Positions 37,301-51,315 of a DNA stretch of 64,000 bases are shown piece after piece. Each line of letters begins with the position of its first letter. The first letter of the stretch is position 1. A model generated the notes under the pieces. The model saw only the letters and a list, made by a program, of their open reading frames with translations. It made no database searches and had not been told where the DNA came from. Made by a program: the position numbers and the translations under genes. The stretch comes from Cetorhinus maximus (lineage: Eukaryota): assembly GCF_964194155.1 (NCBI RefSeq), contig NC_135887.1, positions 16,864,001-16,928,000 on the forward strand, written 5' to 3'.

Positions 37301-38029
37301 AGTTTAGCTCATAGCAGTGTGCTGGAGATTAAGCTTTAACTCCTGGAGATTCCAGTTCAATCCTAGAGGGTTGCTAACCCCTATAGTGAATGCAGTGGCA
37401 GTTCATAGCACCCATCACTGGGTCTCCACTGACCCCTTTTAACTTTCCAGTCACAGCAGACATGTCCATGAATTACTCACCAACTTTATTCTTACCTCTG
37501 GTCCTAAGAAAGGTTCCCTTTGATGCCGGATTGGATGTGGGGCCCATTCCCATTTGGGTTGCCAGCTCCTGGTGAACGTTTTCCTGAAATTTTAATCACA
37601 TGACCCCTCACTCCCACCCGCCCCAGGCCCACATCATTGGCCGCTCGACATGTCCATTCTCGTGTCAAACGGAGAGCGTTTCACTCTGTAATACCCGATC
37701 GGAATATCTTATTTCCAAGTCAGACGGTATTTTTTTTTTTACCCCAACCCCCAATATTTTTTAGGACTGACCCACCGACATGTTCAAGACAATGGTGAAG
37801 AAATATGCAGCATTTGTTTTAATGGCCCTTGTGATATTTTTTTTCTCCCTGGTTTGGACTCTCACCTGTTTCCTGGAGAGGAGCCTTCAATTCCTGGCCA
37901 ACCCTGGAGAGTCAGCAACCCTACCTTTTGCATAATTTTAAGTCAGAGCCTTTGTTGAAATTTTATTGAGCAAACCAAGTTGGTGTAGTGCGTTAATGTA
38001 GTGCCGAGTGTGAGGATATGGGAAGGCCG

Positions 38030-38152
38030 GGGTCGGCGGGGGAGTTGGGGGGGAGTGGGGGCGGAGGTTGGGGGTGTTGGGGGCGGAGGTTGGGGGGGTT
38101 GGGGGCGGAGGTTGGGGGGGAGTGGGGGCGGAGGTTGGGGGGGTTGGGGGCA
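38030..38152 (+). repeat. G-rich ~21-bp minisatellite
   Basis: tgggggcggaggttggggg repeated 4 times plus degenerate flanking units. Confidence 0.9.
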
Positions 38153-40161
38153 GAGAGGGGCATGGCCCTCCGCCATGCGGAAACATCGAGACACTTAAAC
38201 GAAAGGCGTGTCGTGCGTAACCACAAAAAGGTTGCGTGTCGGCAACCCGCTGACCCTTGTCGAGAACAAACGAAGGATTGACGTAACTAGAGACAGAGAG
38301 AGAGAGAGAGAGAGAGTGTGGGGGTGGGTGGGGAACATGAGGGAATTATGAGCTGGGTGATTGCATTTGAAAGATTTTTCGGTACAGTTAGGCCACTTAA
38401 TGGTGTCAGAGCCCAGTTTCCTGGCCCTTTTGTGAGCCAGTGATGAAAGCTGCAGTGAGCTGTAAAGGGATATTATCCCTACGTTGTCACGGTTACGCCT
38501 GTGTGCAGCTGATTCAGAGTAGGCCTCAAGGTCACACTGACCATCTGAACAGCAGCCGCCTGTTTGCGTCCTCTAGTTGGCTGCGCCCCCTTCCCCCTGT
38601 ACGTGGTTCACTAACTAAGTGCGCTGCTCAGCTAGGTACCAGCTTCAATTCCTGCCTTGTGCCGGGTTAGCTGATGGCAGCCGGACTCAGTGACCCTTCA
38701 CTAGAGAGGAAGAATTTCTTAAAAATCAATTCACCTTGATCACTAGCTAGTAGAGCCCCCCCCTCCCTCATTCTCCTCACTGGAACGTGCTGTTGTGACA
38801 GGATCACTCTGTCTGATGTACTCCAGAGTTAAATAGACTGCCTGGCAACAAGGACTAGCCACATGGGTGGGGCACCAAACAACAATAAAGATATATATTG
38901 TGCACATGCATGCTTGTGTGAATATAGCACCATCAGCTTTAGACCCAAAGCCTATTAGCTGGGCTATAGGGTTGAAGGAGGTGGGCTTACAGCTGAAATG
39001 ACGCACATAAGTGCACACAACACAAAAACATGCATGCAAACACATGGGTGCACGCAGACAAGCACGCATGCACACACACACACACAATCACACACACAGG
39101 CATGTACATGCATGAAGGACATGCACATACATACATGTACCAACATACACATGCGTGCCACACATGCGTACATCCATAGCCATGCGCGCATGTACACGTG
39201 TACATTCATATACATGCACAGATATATGAACACTGTATCAGGCTGACATGTATGTGCAACTTTCCATTCTCACTGGTGCTGTTTGGTGTGTCTGGGAGGG
39301 TGTGCTCCACACCGGGTGGCTGGGGGAGCTACCCAGGACTCTGCTCATGACACCAGCTCAAGAGCCACAAAGCCAAGGGCAAAAATAGCTAGGAATGAAC
39401 ACTTCAGAGCTGCTTAAAGTGTGAGGCATCGTCAAAGCCTGATTTCTGTCTTGAGGGCAATCATTTTAGTCCCTGATCATTTAATATCGATTTCCTCAGT
39501 CTTGCTCCGAGCGCAATCATTTCTTATGTAATTACTGTGTGAATGAGACTAGGGTAGGTGCAGACCAAGCTTCTAATGCTCTTAATATCTAATATCCACA
39601 AATATTAACAAAACCAAATCATCACTGGCTAATGTGGTGGTATTAATGTCTATTTTCTTGGGAACTAATCTGCAGTTCATGGTACTTAAGTGCAATTTAA
39701 CAACAGTAAGGAGGAAGGGCTCATTCTTTTTACTGTACAGTGCATTGCCAGAGAGCCCTGGCTGCTCTGTAACAAAAGGTTCTTCATTTACATAGCTGCA
39801 CTCTCATTAACATCCCCCAAGTGCTTCATAGACAGCGGCTCGCTTTGAAGAACAGTGACCTTTGTTGTGTGAAGGCCGCAGCTCCTGGTAAGCTCCCACA
39901 GAGATGAAGCAACAGTTTGCCTGGTGTATCAGTTTGAGGGAGGAATGTTGGCCAAACCCTAGCGAGGCCATCCAATCCTCCATTGAATTGCGGTATAGGA
40001 TGTTTCAAGGTCACCTAAACTACCAATGATTTAACATCTAGAATGAGAGCACACTATAAGACCACGCTGTTCCAGTATTCCTCCACCAAGGCACAAACAT
40101 AGAAATATTGTGAGGAAATCGCCCCTTGCTCATTGGAACTAAATGGCAGATTCATCACATT

Positions 40162-40289
40162 GGCCGGGATTTTCCAGCCCCATCGTGGCGGGACCCACCG
40201 CGGGAGATTTGGCCGCCCAGCCAAAAGTCCATTGTCTTTCGGCAGGAGCTGGACGATCGCAGTGACGAGCAGGCCAGAAAATCCCACCC
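40162..40289. mobile_element. 128-bp MITE with 3-bp TSD (att)
   Basis: att|ggccgggattttcc ... agaaaatcccaccc|att. Confidence 0.85.
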
Positions 40290-42114
40290 ATTAACATTGG
40301 TCCAGTCACTTTATGATACAACCACTGTATTTGGATGTCAGCAATCAGATGCGCCCAAGAGATCCCAGCCTACAGCTTGTGACCGGGGGGGACCCTGTGC
40401 CATGTCAACCCTGGACTTAATGCTACTGAGTGTTGAGTTGATCTGTTGGTGAAGGGTCCTTTCATCATTGACAATATTCTGCATTCGTTTGTGCTCCCAG
40501 TGAACTGGTGACTACTTCAGTGCCAGAAAGGAGACTGTGCACATCCAGAACACACAGGTCTATGCCCACACACATGCAAACATACTTCCATACACACATG
40601 CACATGCTTATACACATACAAATACACACGTAAACACACAAGCTTATACACACCCAGCTTATACACACCCATGTACATGCTCATACATGTGCACATGCTT
40701 ACTTGTATCCACATGCATCCATTGAACCCACTTTCCAGCAGAGGTCACGAGATTAGTGATATGGATTCCTACTTTTACCCCTCTCTGGGCCAAAGCCCCA
40801 ACATTTATAGAACCATCGAGTGGTTACAGCACAGAAGGAGGCCATTCAGCCCATCAAAGTCTGCGCTGGTTCTCTGCTAGAGCAGTTGAGTTAGTCCCAC
40901 ACCTCTCCCCCCCCCTCACCCCGCCCACCCCGCCCTAGCCCTGCAAGTATTTTCCTTTCGGTCCTGTCCTGATTTTTCCCTTTTGAAAGCCAGGGTTGAA
41001 TCTGCTCCCACCAGCGTTCCAGATCCTAACAACACACTGTGTACACCGTGCGCTCAAACCAAGAAACAATCCTGGCCGGGTGGCTGCCTGTTTCCCCTTT
41101 GAGCACCTTGGGCTGTTGATGATATGAAAGGCAGTTGAAAGCATGACTTGTTGGCCTGCTAACAGCGAACCCCTGATTTTTAAGGGAAGCGGGAAGATTA
41201 GAACACTTTCACCGGCCGGACAAAGGCCCCTTTGCCCTCTCCCCCTGGAGGAGGTGAGGTTAAAGATTGAAGAATTGGTTTAAAAATCAGCGCCTTTTCC
41301 TCCCATCCCCACTTTGAAGGCTCCTGTAAGTCAGTAGATGAGATTCAACGAGTGCCTTTAGCAGCCTCTGACTGAGGCTTGCTGTACTGACATAGCCACT
41401 AAGCTGAACAACGGGCTCCGGGGAGCTTTTTGAGCTGCGCAGTGCTTCTATTCAGTTCCCACTTGGAAACCTGAACACAAGCCATAACCTTTTCAGAGGC
41501 TTCTTGACACTGGGATTGTGTCCATGCCAAGAGACTGCATTTCTATCAGATAATGAGTGAAGGAGACAGTGTCCCTTTCATGGGCCTGAATAGATTGAAT
41601 TCGATTAGTTCCGTGCATTATCCTGTAGAAATAGTCTCATTCTTCCATACACAGGTTTTCATCATTGGCCCTTAAAGGAGTTATTCTGTTGAATTTGAGC
41701 CTATTTAAGCTTTTCATTCTCTCTGCACCACCACACCCCCCCCAACCCCCACCAGTGCTCCTTTCCAATACCTTTTCCTCCACATCCTCTTAGCTTGTTA
41801 ATCAAGTTGAAGCTGAGGTTTGATCCACAGGATAGTGATGAGCAAGTGACCAGCGCTTGAATGACTAGTCACACCAGCCTCCGCGTTAACTCGGGCTCAG
41901 AAGTAGGGATGGGCGTGACAGTGAGTTCGCTCCCTGCGTTTCTGTGCAGAGTGTTACAGTGATGGGCCTGGGCTCAGGTTTTAAGCCTTCTGTGTCCGCG
42001 CTAATGTCTGAGAGGCCCAGCGATCTCGTCTCCGAAAAGCACTTGTATTTCTCCCGCCATCCTCTTCATGCCAGGGCTGCTCTGTCATTCTTCGATTCCT
42101 GACAAATCTGAACA

Positions 42115-43025
42115 GAAAAGAAAAGGGTCTTACATTTATACGCCATCCTCCATAACCCCAGAAGTCCAAAAGTGCTTTACAGCCAATGAAGTACTTTTGA
42201 GGTGTCGTCATTATTGTAATGCAGGAAAACACGGCAGCCAATTTACCCGCAGCAAGATCCCACAAAAAAATGTGATAATGATCAGTTAATTTTCTTTTTT
42301 TTTAAAGAGCTGTTGGTTGAGGGATAAATATTGGCCAGGACTCTGGGAGAATTCCCCCGCCCTTCTTTAAAATGGTATCAGGGAACTATCCAGCTGACAG
42401 GAAAGATAGGGACGCCTTGATTTAACATCTCATCCAAAAATTGGCACCACCGACAGTGCAGCATTCTCTCAGTACTGCACTTGGAGTGTCAGCCTGGATG
42501 ACGTACTTAAGTCTCCGTTCAGCTGCCTGTACCTCAACTCGCATCAACTTCTGTTCACCCATCGTCCCTGTACTCGTTGGCCTACATTGGTTCTTGGTTC
42601 TTCGACCCCTTGATTTTAAAATTCCAACATGTTTACAAATTCCTCCATGGCCTCTCCCCTCCCTATTACTGTGACCTGCTCCGGGATCTCTGCGCTCCCC
42701 CACTTCTGGCTTCTTGTGCATTCCTGTATTTAACCGTTCCACCACTGCCAAACGTACCTTCAGCTGCCCTGAGCCCCGGAATTCCCTCCATAAACCCCTC
42801 TGCTCCTTCATAAGACACTCCCTACCTTTTTGACCAAGCTTTTGCTTATCTGTACTAATATCTTCTTATGTGGCTCAGTGTCACATTGTGGTTGATGATG
42901 CTTCTGTGAAGCGCCTCGGGATGTCAGAAGGTGCTACATAAATGCAAGCCGTTGTAAAGTGGAACCTGAGCCCATGAGTTTCTGACACAGAGGGGAGAGC
43001 GGTTCATTGAGCTATGGCTGACAGA
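42115..43025 (-). mobile_element. DeuSINE split by a + strand L2 3' fragment (42515-42955)
   Basis: gagggataaatattggccaggac..cagtactgcac Deu domain; tRNA head resumes gtggaacctgagccc after the L2 tail. Confidence 0.8.
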
Positions 43026-43344
43026 GGAGTTACAGATTCGTCGTTGCCCCATTTCACTTATGACTGTTGTAGGCCTCTACCAGGGTGTAAATGGCCTGGC
43101 TTGGTCCTTTACCATTCGGTCGAGGTGAACCTTCTTACCCTCTGAGATTGAGTTTAGGGCATCCAATGTTTGGAAGTTAGCAGAACCTAAGTAACCTGTA
43201 AAGAAATAAATGCCTTATGTGATTGGTTCACTACTTTAACAAGGTTTAAAATGAATTCATTCGCAAGTGATAGGAGCTACCCTGGGGAGCAAGGAGCTGT
43301 GCAGAATGACTTTGCGATACGTTTGGATAAACTTGGCAGTGGAA

Positions 43345-43895
43345 TAGAAGTATTGAATGGTCACAGCACAGACGGAAGCCATTCGGCCCATCAAGTCCAT
43401 CTTGGCTCTCTTCAACAGCAGTTTAGATAGTCTCAATTCTCCTGTCCTTTCTCTGTAACTCTGCAGTTTTTCCCCTTCAGGTGCTTACCCAACCCTCCTT
43501 TGAAAGCCTCGATTGAATCCACCTCCACCACACTCTCAAGCAGTGCATCCCAGACCCTAACCTCTTACTAGGTAAAAATCTTTTTCCGTGCTTTTCCACC
43601 TTTGGTTCTTTTGCCAATTGCCCTAAAGTCAGCGCCTCGATCCTTCCGCCAATGGGAACAATTTCTCAGCTTACTCTGTCTACACCCCTCATGATTTTGA
43701 ACTCCCCTCCATCAAATCTCTTCTCAAACTCCTCTCCCCTAGGCAGAACAACCCCAGCCCCCAGCCTATTCACATAACTGAAGTCCCTCATCCCTTGAAC
43801 CATACTCGTGAATCTTTTCTGCACCCCTTTCTAAAGCCTTCACATCCTTTCTAAAGTGCAGTGTCCAGAATTGGATACGACCTCTACCCCTGTTA
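43345..43895 (-). mobile_element. CR1 LINE 3' fragment
   Basis: QFWTLHFRKDVKALE motif on the minus strand plus ccattcggccc tail. Confidence 0.85.
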
Positions 43896-46800
43896 AGGCC
43901 AAACCACTGTTTTATAGAGGTCAGATTGGAGATGTGCAGAGACCACAAGGAGATGTGGGGCTGGATGAGATTGCAAAACTGAAATTGGATGAGACCATGG
44001 AGGGATTTAAAAACCGGAATGGGAATTTTGAAAGTGAGATATTGCTGGACAAGGAGCCAAAGCAGATCAGTGAGCACAGGGCGTCAGTTGAAAGTGACTT
44101 GGTGCGAGTTAGGCAGAGCTTTGGATGTGCTCAAGTTCCTGGAGGGTGTGGGAGGCTGGCCAGCCGGGAGGGCCTGGTCATATTATATTAATGTGTGTGG
44201 GGATGCGAGTGGGTCTGTATCTGTGCGGTGTGTGTGTGGGGGTGCGCGGGGGTCTGTATCTGTGCGGTGTGTGTGTGGGGGTGTGTGGAGGATGCGGAGG
44301 GGTCTGTGTGTGTGTGTGTGAGAGAGCTCGTGCGGGGCTGTGTGTGTGTGTAGGGTGCTGAGGGGGTCTATATGTGTGTGTGGGGTGGGGAGGGGGTCTG
44401 TGTGGGGGTGGGGATGGGCTCCTGTATTTAACCGCTCCACCACTGCCGAGCGTACCTTCAGCTGCCCAAACCGTGAGCCCTGGAATTCCCTCCATAAACC
44501 TCCTTCCTCCTTTATAAGACACTCCCTACCTCTTTGACCAAGCTTTTGCTTATGGGGGTGGGTAGGGGCTCTGTATGTGGGTGTGGGGTGGGGAGGTGCA
44601 TGCCTGGTCCTGTAATGTCATTTATAAGATTGGATAAGGTATTGAGTTCCACAAGGATGTCATCAGTCATTGTTTTTGAAAGGGTGACTGGGTCCCATTT
44701 GGAACACTGGATTCACCATGGGTAGGAATGATTGACCTGATCACTGTTGCCGGGCGGCCATACTGGCAGGGAACGAAAAGCTCCAATGTAGCTCATGCAG
44801 GATGTAATAAGCGGGTCAAGGGCCCACTTAAGGGAAAATATGCAGCGAGATGATTGGGCCAATCACCAGTCACATAAAACAATCCTACAGCATTTGGCCA
44901 CATGGGAAAGTAGACAGGTATGGAACAGGTTAAAGAATGTGAAAAGGGTTGAAAATGAATTCATTCGGAGAAGATAAGGAGATATCTTGAGAAGCGGGGC
45001 CTTATAAAATGACTTTGTAATGTGTTCAGCTGAATTCATGAATAGCCTGATTGAAGTTTTTATTCTTTCCTCATTGTGAGCTTCAGCATATGTTGAAGGC
45101 ATTTTGATTTGGTGTGTGATAGTTTTGAAATCTTTCTCTGATACTCTGACAAAAGGCACACTGCCTCTTGAAAAACAGACCAAAGCCACTTGGTTATTTT
45201 ACCGTAGATGTACTACTTTTAACACTTTGGAAGATAAGTCCAAGCCCCACCGTCTCCTCTCCCCTCAGCCCCCAGTTTACATCTTACCTTGCCTCTCTTC
45301 CCTATAAATAAAAAGGGAACATTTACATAAGTCATTATGCAGATTGCTCCTTGGCGGAAAGGGTCAGTTTTGCGCAGGAAAGCTACTAAGTATTTTTTCA
45401 TGCCTACACTATAAATGTTCATGACTTTAATTAGTTCGGGAACCTGCCTCTGGAAGTAGTTTCCTTTTCAGGCCTCTAAATAAGCCTGAGCTGAACCAGG
45501 CCTCACTAACGATGACTGGATCATATTGGGCCCTGTGTCACTGACTCATCAGATAAATGTTTCTCCTTCGTCGTTTGAAAGTAGGCTTCTCATTTACTTT
45601 TTGGCAGGTATTCCGCCACGATTCTCAGTGTCGGCTTACCCTTGTCAAGTACGGTTATTCAAGGGAGAAAGAGAATGTGCTGAGGGAGCTTCAAGAGGAG
45701 GAGTTTGTTCGCTGTACGAGGGAGGGGGGGGGAGTGTGGCAGATAAAAATGGAGGCAGGTTTTCGGTGGTGGGGGGGGGGAGGTGGGAAGGGGTGGGAGG
45801 GGTGGGGGTGGGTGTGAAGAAGGGGATAGAGGCTGAGGAGTGGGTAAGAGAGTTCCAAAGCGATGAGGGTCCGGTGACTGAAGGCTTTGCAACAAGTGCT
45901 GGAATGGAGGGTAAAAGCCACAAGCACAGGTCAGAGTTAGGGGGCATGCAGGGATGGCAAGAGTAAAGCTATGTGCAGGGCAACTAATGATGAAGACAAG
46001 GGTTTTATAGTAGATACATTTGGCGATAAGGAACAAGCGGAGTGAGTCGAGGACAGGGGTGGGTCTTAATACCAGCCAATCACCAGTTGGAAGTGTTTAA
46101 AAAACTGCCCAATTGACCTGTTCCCATTCAAAATAATGGAAGTCATTTGGGCACAACTAAATTCCCAGCGCTATTATCTATTCATAAGCCAATTATGCAG
46201 CAGTCAAATAGCAGACTTTGAGTAGCTGGATTGGAATCATGAGGTGCTGAATACTCGAAGACTTGAATAATCAATTCACGCCACTGATTAGTGTAATTTT
46301 AACCCCCCTATCTGTTCATGCACACATTCCTGAAGCATCATTGGCTAAACTGTCACTCTGACTGATCAAGATCTCAAATCTCCTTCTGCACTCCAAAGCT
46401 GAACTGCCTCTTAATCGGTGCAGTTAAGCGTCACTGTGTTTCTAAAGTAGGTTTTTGAAGTCAATCAAGGCACTTGGCAAGTATCATGAAATGCCACCAC
46501 ATCTTGGCAACCACTCCTTTTCCTGGGAACGATATTATAAAGAAAAACCATTTTGAAAAGTCAACTGTGTTTTGATTTGAGGGAAGCGGCTGCGTTGCAT
46601 GGAACTGAAGGCCGTGGGGTTTTCGTCGAGAACAGTTAGGAGTGTTTTTGATCAGGAGGTGATCCTCACCTTCTGTTAAGGATATACTTTTAGGTCTACT
46701 TTAACGACCAGTGAGTATCCCTGTGGTGGACTGGTGTGGTTTGCACGGCCCTTGCCCAGCGTTAAGAGGTGCTAACAGCCTCACAGTGGGGGTCAGACAC

Positions 46801-48244
46801 CTCGCCACACAGTTACCACCGGCAATGCCTCTGTCATCATTTCGAAAGAAGCCCCCTGCTGAGTGGCTAAAGCATTGCCTGATTCAAGCGTTGGATCCCC
46901 TTCTAATATGGAAATCAGGGTCTGATTGGCTGAATTCTGTTAAGTTGGGGGCCCAGAGTAAAAGTTGGGAATAGATGAGAAACTCCCCAAAGTGGTGTCA
47001 GTTGTTACTTGCGTGTTGTGTGTGGAGTGTTGCGTGCTTGCGCATGGAATGGTTGGTGCATGTTGTGTATGGAGTGGTGCAGCGTGCGTGTTCCACATGG
47101 AGCGGGGCGTGTCTTGCGTGGAGTGATACGTGTGTTGTATATGGTGTGATGCATGTTGTATGTGGAGTAGTGCATGTGGAATGTGGCGTGTGTGTTGTAC
47201 ATGGAGTGGTACATGTGATGTACATGGAGCAGCTCACCCAAGGCCACGCCTCTCTTTCTGCGCCCTCTAAAAATGGTCAAATGAGGGGCAGGGTCTGGGC
47301 CAAATGGTCCACAGTATTCACCTTCCGTACGTACACGTGATGAATTGACCACTCGTGCACCTGTGGGTGTCAGCGCCTTTGGGTGGGGAGGGGGGTGGCG
47401 AGAAGTGAGTCGGAAATGAAAATGGCAGCTGCCAAAAGTGACTGAAACAAAACCAGAGGCCGCTTGCCAAGTGAGTAATTAGCTAGGCAGAACTCCAAGT
47501 GTGTGCTGATGCTCAGTGTGAGCTGTGGCTCAGGTTCGCTGTGTCCCTGTGTTACAAATAAAGTCCTGCAACCGAGTGACATTTTACTGAGCTTACTGAG
47601 CTCCATCCGTCTACACTTTCCCCACCAGGTAGCACAGAAGCACCTCAGCTGGGCCACAGTGAGCCTAACCTTTACAACTTATAACCTTTCCCAATCTCTC
47701 AAACAGGGATAAATAAGCTGATGGTAAAACTGCATTCGAAGTTCAGATATCTACAAGGAAATCACAAATTAACGTCTTCTGTTCGCTCCTGGCAATCTTT
47801 TGGGGGAACCTCATTTTCGTTTCAGCAGGTGGATGGTGACCACCCCATTGTGTTGGGGGAGGGGGGGAGGTTGTCGGCTCGAACCTGACTCGTGTGGAGG
47901 TTAATGGACTTGGGGAGTGAGGCACTCAGGAATATCTCCGCAGTCAGCGCCCCATGGCTGCGGGGGGTGTATTATCCACAGGGCACACTGCAGCAACTCG
48001 CTCAGGCTCCCCTTGACAGCCTGTCCCAAAACTGGCACCTCCACCCCCCACAGAATGACAAAGGCAGCAGGTGCCCCCAGCTCCCTCTCCCAGTTATACA
48101 CACCGGGCTGCACTTAATGACCGTGCCAGTGGCCCCGATTAGTGAGTTTCTCTTTATATGTGCTCAAGTGAAACTCCAATGAATGCCCTCCACCTGAATA
48201 CAATGAAACACAATTGAAATGCAATTTCGAGTTGGGATCTGGAA

Positions 48245-48925
48245 TCGCATGAAGGTACAGCAAGCGTTTAGGAAGGCAAACGGCATGTTGGTCTTTATTG
48301 CAAGAAGATTGGAGTACAGGAATAAAAAAAAAGCCTTGCTGCTATTGTACAGGGCTTTAGTGAGACAACACCCAGGATACTATGTGCAGTTTTGTCTCAA
48401 TATTTAAGGAAGGATATACTTGTCCTGGAGGCAGCATAGCGAAGGTTCACTAGATTGGGCCCTGGGATGAGGGGGTTGTCCTAGGATGAGAGGCGGAGTA
48501 AATTGGGTCTGTTCTCTCTGGAGTTTAGAAGAATGAGAGGTGATCTCATGAGAACATGCAAAATTATGAAGGGGTTTGATAGGGTGGATGCTGAGAGATT
48601 GTTTCCACTGGTCGGGGAATCTAAAACACGGGGGCACAGTCTCAGGATCAGGAACTGATCATTTGGGACTGAGACGAGGAGAAATTACTTCACTCAAAGG
48701 GTTGTGAATCTTTGGAAATCTTTATCCCAGAGGGTTGTGGATGCTCCATCGTTAAATACATTTAAGGCTGGGATAGGCAGGTTTTTGGTCTTCCAGGAAA
48801 TCAACGGATATGGGGAGCAGGCGGGAAAATGGAGTTGAAGCCCAAGATCAGCTATGATTGCATTGAATGGCGGGGCAAGCTCGATGGGCCGTGTGGTCTA
48901 CTGCTGCTCCTGTTTCTTGTGTTCT
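48245..48925 (+). mobile_element. CR1 (HER1-type) LINE 3' end
   Basis: KANGMLVFIARRLEY..LYRALVR, gagtttagaagaatgagaggtgatctc, ttcttgtgttct tail. Confidence 0.9.
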
Positions 48926-50120
48926 CCAACTGAAAAGCTCATTTCGTGAATAATTTTAAGAGGGAGTTGGACAGATACTTGACCTTGAGGAGCTTACAAA
49001 GTTATGGACAAAAAGTGGGAAGACAGTGCCTAGCAACTCGTTCAAAGGGCCAGCCCGGGCGTGATGGCCTGAATGGCCTCCTCCTGCGCTGTAGTTTTCT
49101 GTAAGTCTACTGAATTTGAGCAGAAGGCCAAGCGAGGAGCCTCAATTTCCATGCAGGGAGGTTGCGGGGGCTGGAGGGAGAGCTGGGGGCTGGAGGGAGA
49201 GCTGGGGGCTGGAAGGAGAGCTGGCAAGAGTGTCGGCTAAACACTCTGCAACCCCTGACAAACCTGCAAGTTCTGAAAGTGTCATCAGAAGAATCGTCCA
49301 TTCAATGAAAACGAGGCAGAAGGGTATTGGTGTAGAACTCTAACACCCCCCCCCCCACCGCCCCAGGCCCCAAGATTGTTTCGACAAAGTCCAGGGAGGT
49401 AAAGCCCCTTTTTAAAAATGCCATTAATGAGGAAGAGCTCAGACGTTGTCAAGACTGCAGTTCAAACCCTTGACTTTCTTGTGCCATCCTTTCACCAGCC
49501 TCTGCTTTGTGCAATATTCCCCCACCGGCCGCGATGGCTCTTTTTTTTTTAATAAGAAAAGACCTTTCATCGCCATGGCGACGCCTATTGTTGCCCGCTG
49601 GATTACACAGCGGCTGTTTTCTTGCTCTCGATACGCACATTCTCTCTCGGTCCTGTGGTCTGTGCTTGGGAACCAGGGCTCGGGAGAATTGTATCGCGTC
49701 AGGGCTCAGTAACAATAATAAGAAAAGTGCAAAAAAAAAAGAGGCAGCGAGACACAAAAACAAGAAAGGAAATCAGAGCTTGGAATCTTTCCGCCTTCCA
49801 GTTCTTTCTTATCTGCTGCCTCCTGTCTGCTTTTCAGCATCAAAACTGTTCTCACTGAGGATGCAGGTTGAAGGTGATCGGCAAAAGAGCCGGCGGCGAG
49901 ATGAGTGAAAAACTTTTAAACTCAGCGAGTGGTCAGGGTTTGGGATGCGCACTGCCTGATAGGGCGGTGAAAGCAGAACCAAATGGCCAAGCGGGAATTC
50001 CGATAAATACTTGAAGGAGGAACAATTGCGGTGATAAGGGGAGGGGGGAGAGTGGGGGGGGTGTGGGACCAGCTGGATTGCTATCCGATGGGCTGAATGG
50101 CTCCCTTCTGTCCTGTCTCT

Positions 50121-50478
50121 AGTTCGTCCTTCGCGGTGAAGACGACAGCGATGACCGTCTGGGGTGTTGGGTAGGGTTCCAATGGGCACGTGGGCGACGG
50201 CTAAGGCCGACCCGCGCCCGGAAGGTTCTGATGCAAAAAAAAGGACAGGATACCGTGGACACTGGAGTTTTGGACGAGTCGCTGGCTGGGGATTTCCTCT
50301 CCTTGCACTTACTCGCTGCCCCTGATGTGTGCTTGCTTTCCAAGGAGGTTACGCCGCTTTTATTTGGCTGTGCCAGGTGCAGCGTACCTGGGCGAGCTAC
50401 CCCCCCAGGACTCGAAGCCAATATCAGTACTTCCAAGTGAAGCCTTCAGAGGGTCTTTATCGTGCTTCCTCTGAACAC
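50121..50478 (-). mobile_element. RTE/BovB-like LINE 3' end
   Basis: Frameshifted KDPLKASL..ESW..GVTSLESK..KERK..CPFFCIRTFRARVGL and gtcttcaccgcgaaggacgaac tail. Confidence 0.8.
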
Positions 50479-50605
50479 CCCAGACTCGAGCTGTCCATAG
50501 AAGATTTGCTTCTCTGCGGTACTATTCTATGATCAGTATTTACCTGATCTCAAATAAAAATTTGACACTCTCCATCCCCTCCCCGCACTTCCAGTTAGGC
50601 CCTGA

Positions 50606-50637
<32 letters not shown>

Positions 50638-51120
50638 TTGGGCCTGGTGCTGACCCTAGTCCCATCCTGACCACACGGCCCAGCGATCGAAGCAACCACT
50701 AGATCACAGGAACAGAAAGAAAGACTTGCATTTATATAGCGCCTTCAGGACGTCTCAAAGTGTTTTACAGCCAGTGAAACATTTTGAAGTGTAGTGACTG
50801 TCGTGATGTAGGAAATCGCAGCAACCAATTTGTGTACAGCCAGTGCCCACAAACAGCAAGGCGATAATGACTAGATAACCTGTTTGATCAGGAAGAGGAA
50901 CTGAGGTGGGGGGATGGAGGGAAGTAGCTTTTCTCGAATGTTTCTCTCTTTTTCTTTATCCGGTCATTATCATATTGTTGTTTGTGGGATCTTGCTGTGC
51001 ACAAATTAGCTGCCTCATTTCCTACATCATAACAGTGACAACACTTCAAAAAGTGCTCATTTGGTTGTAAAATGCTTTGAGACGTTCAATGGTCATGACA
51101 GACACTGTATGAATGCAATT

Positions 51121-51315
51121 NNNNNNNNNNNNNNNNNNNNNNNNNNNNNNNNNNNNNNNNNNNNNNNNNNNNNNNNNNNNNNNNNNNNNNNNNNNNNNNN
51201 NNNNNNNNNNNNNNNNNNNNNNNNNNNNNNNNNNNNNNNNNNNNNNNNNNNNNNNNNNNNNNNNNNNNNNNNNNNNNNNNNNNNNNNNNNNNNNNNNNNN
51301 NNNNNNNNNNNNNNN
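51121..51315. other. Assembly gap (195 N)
   Basis: Run of n. Confidence 1.
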
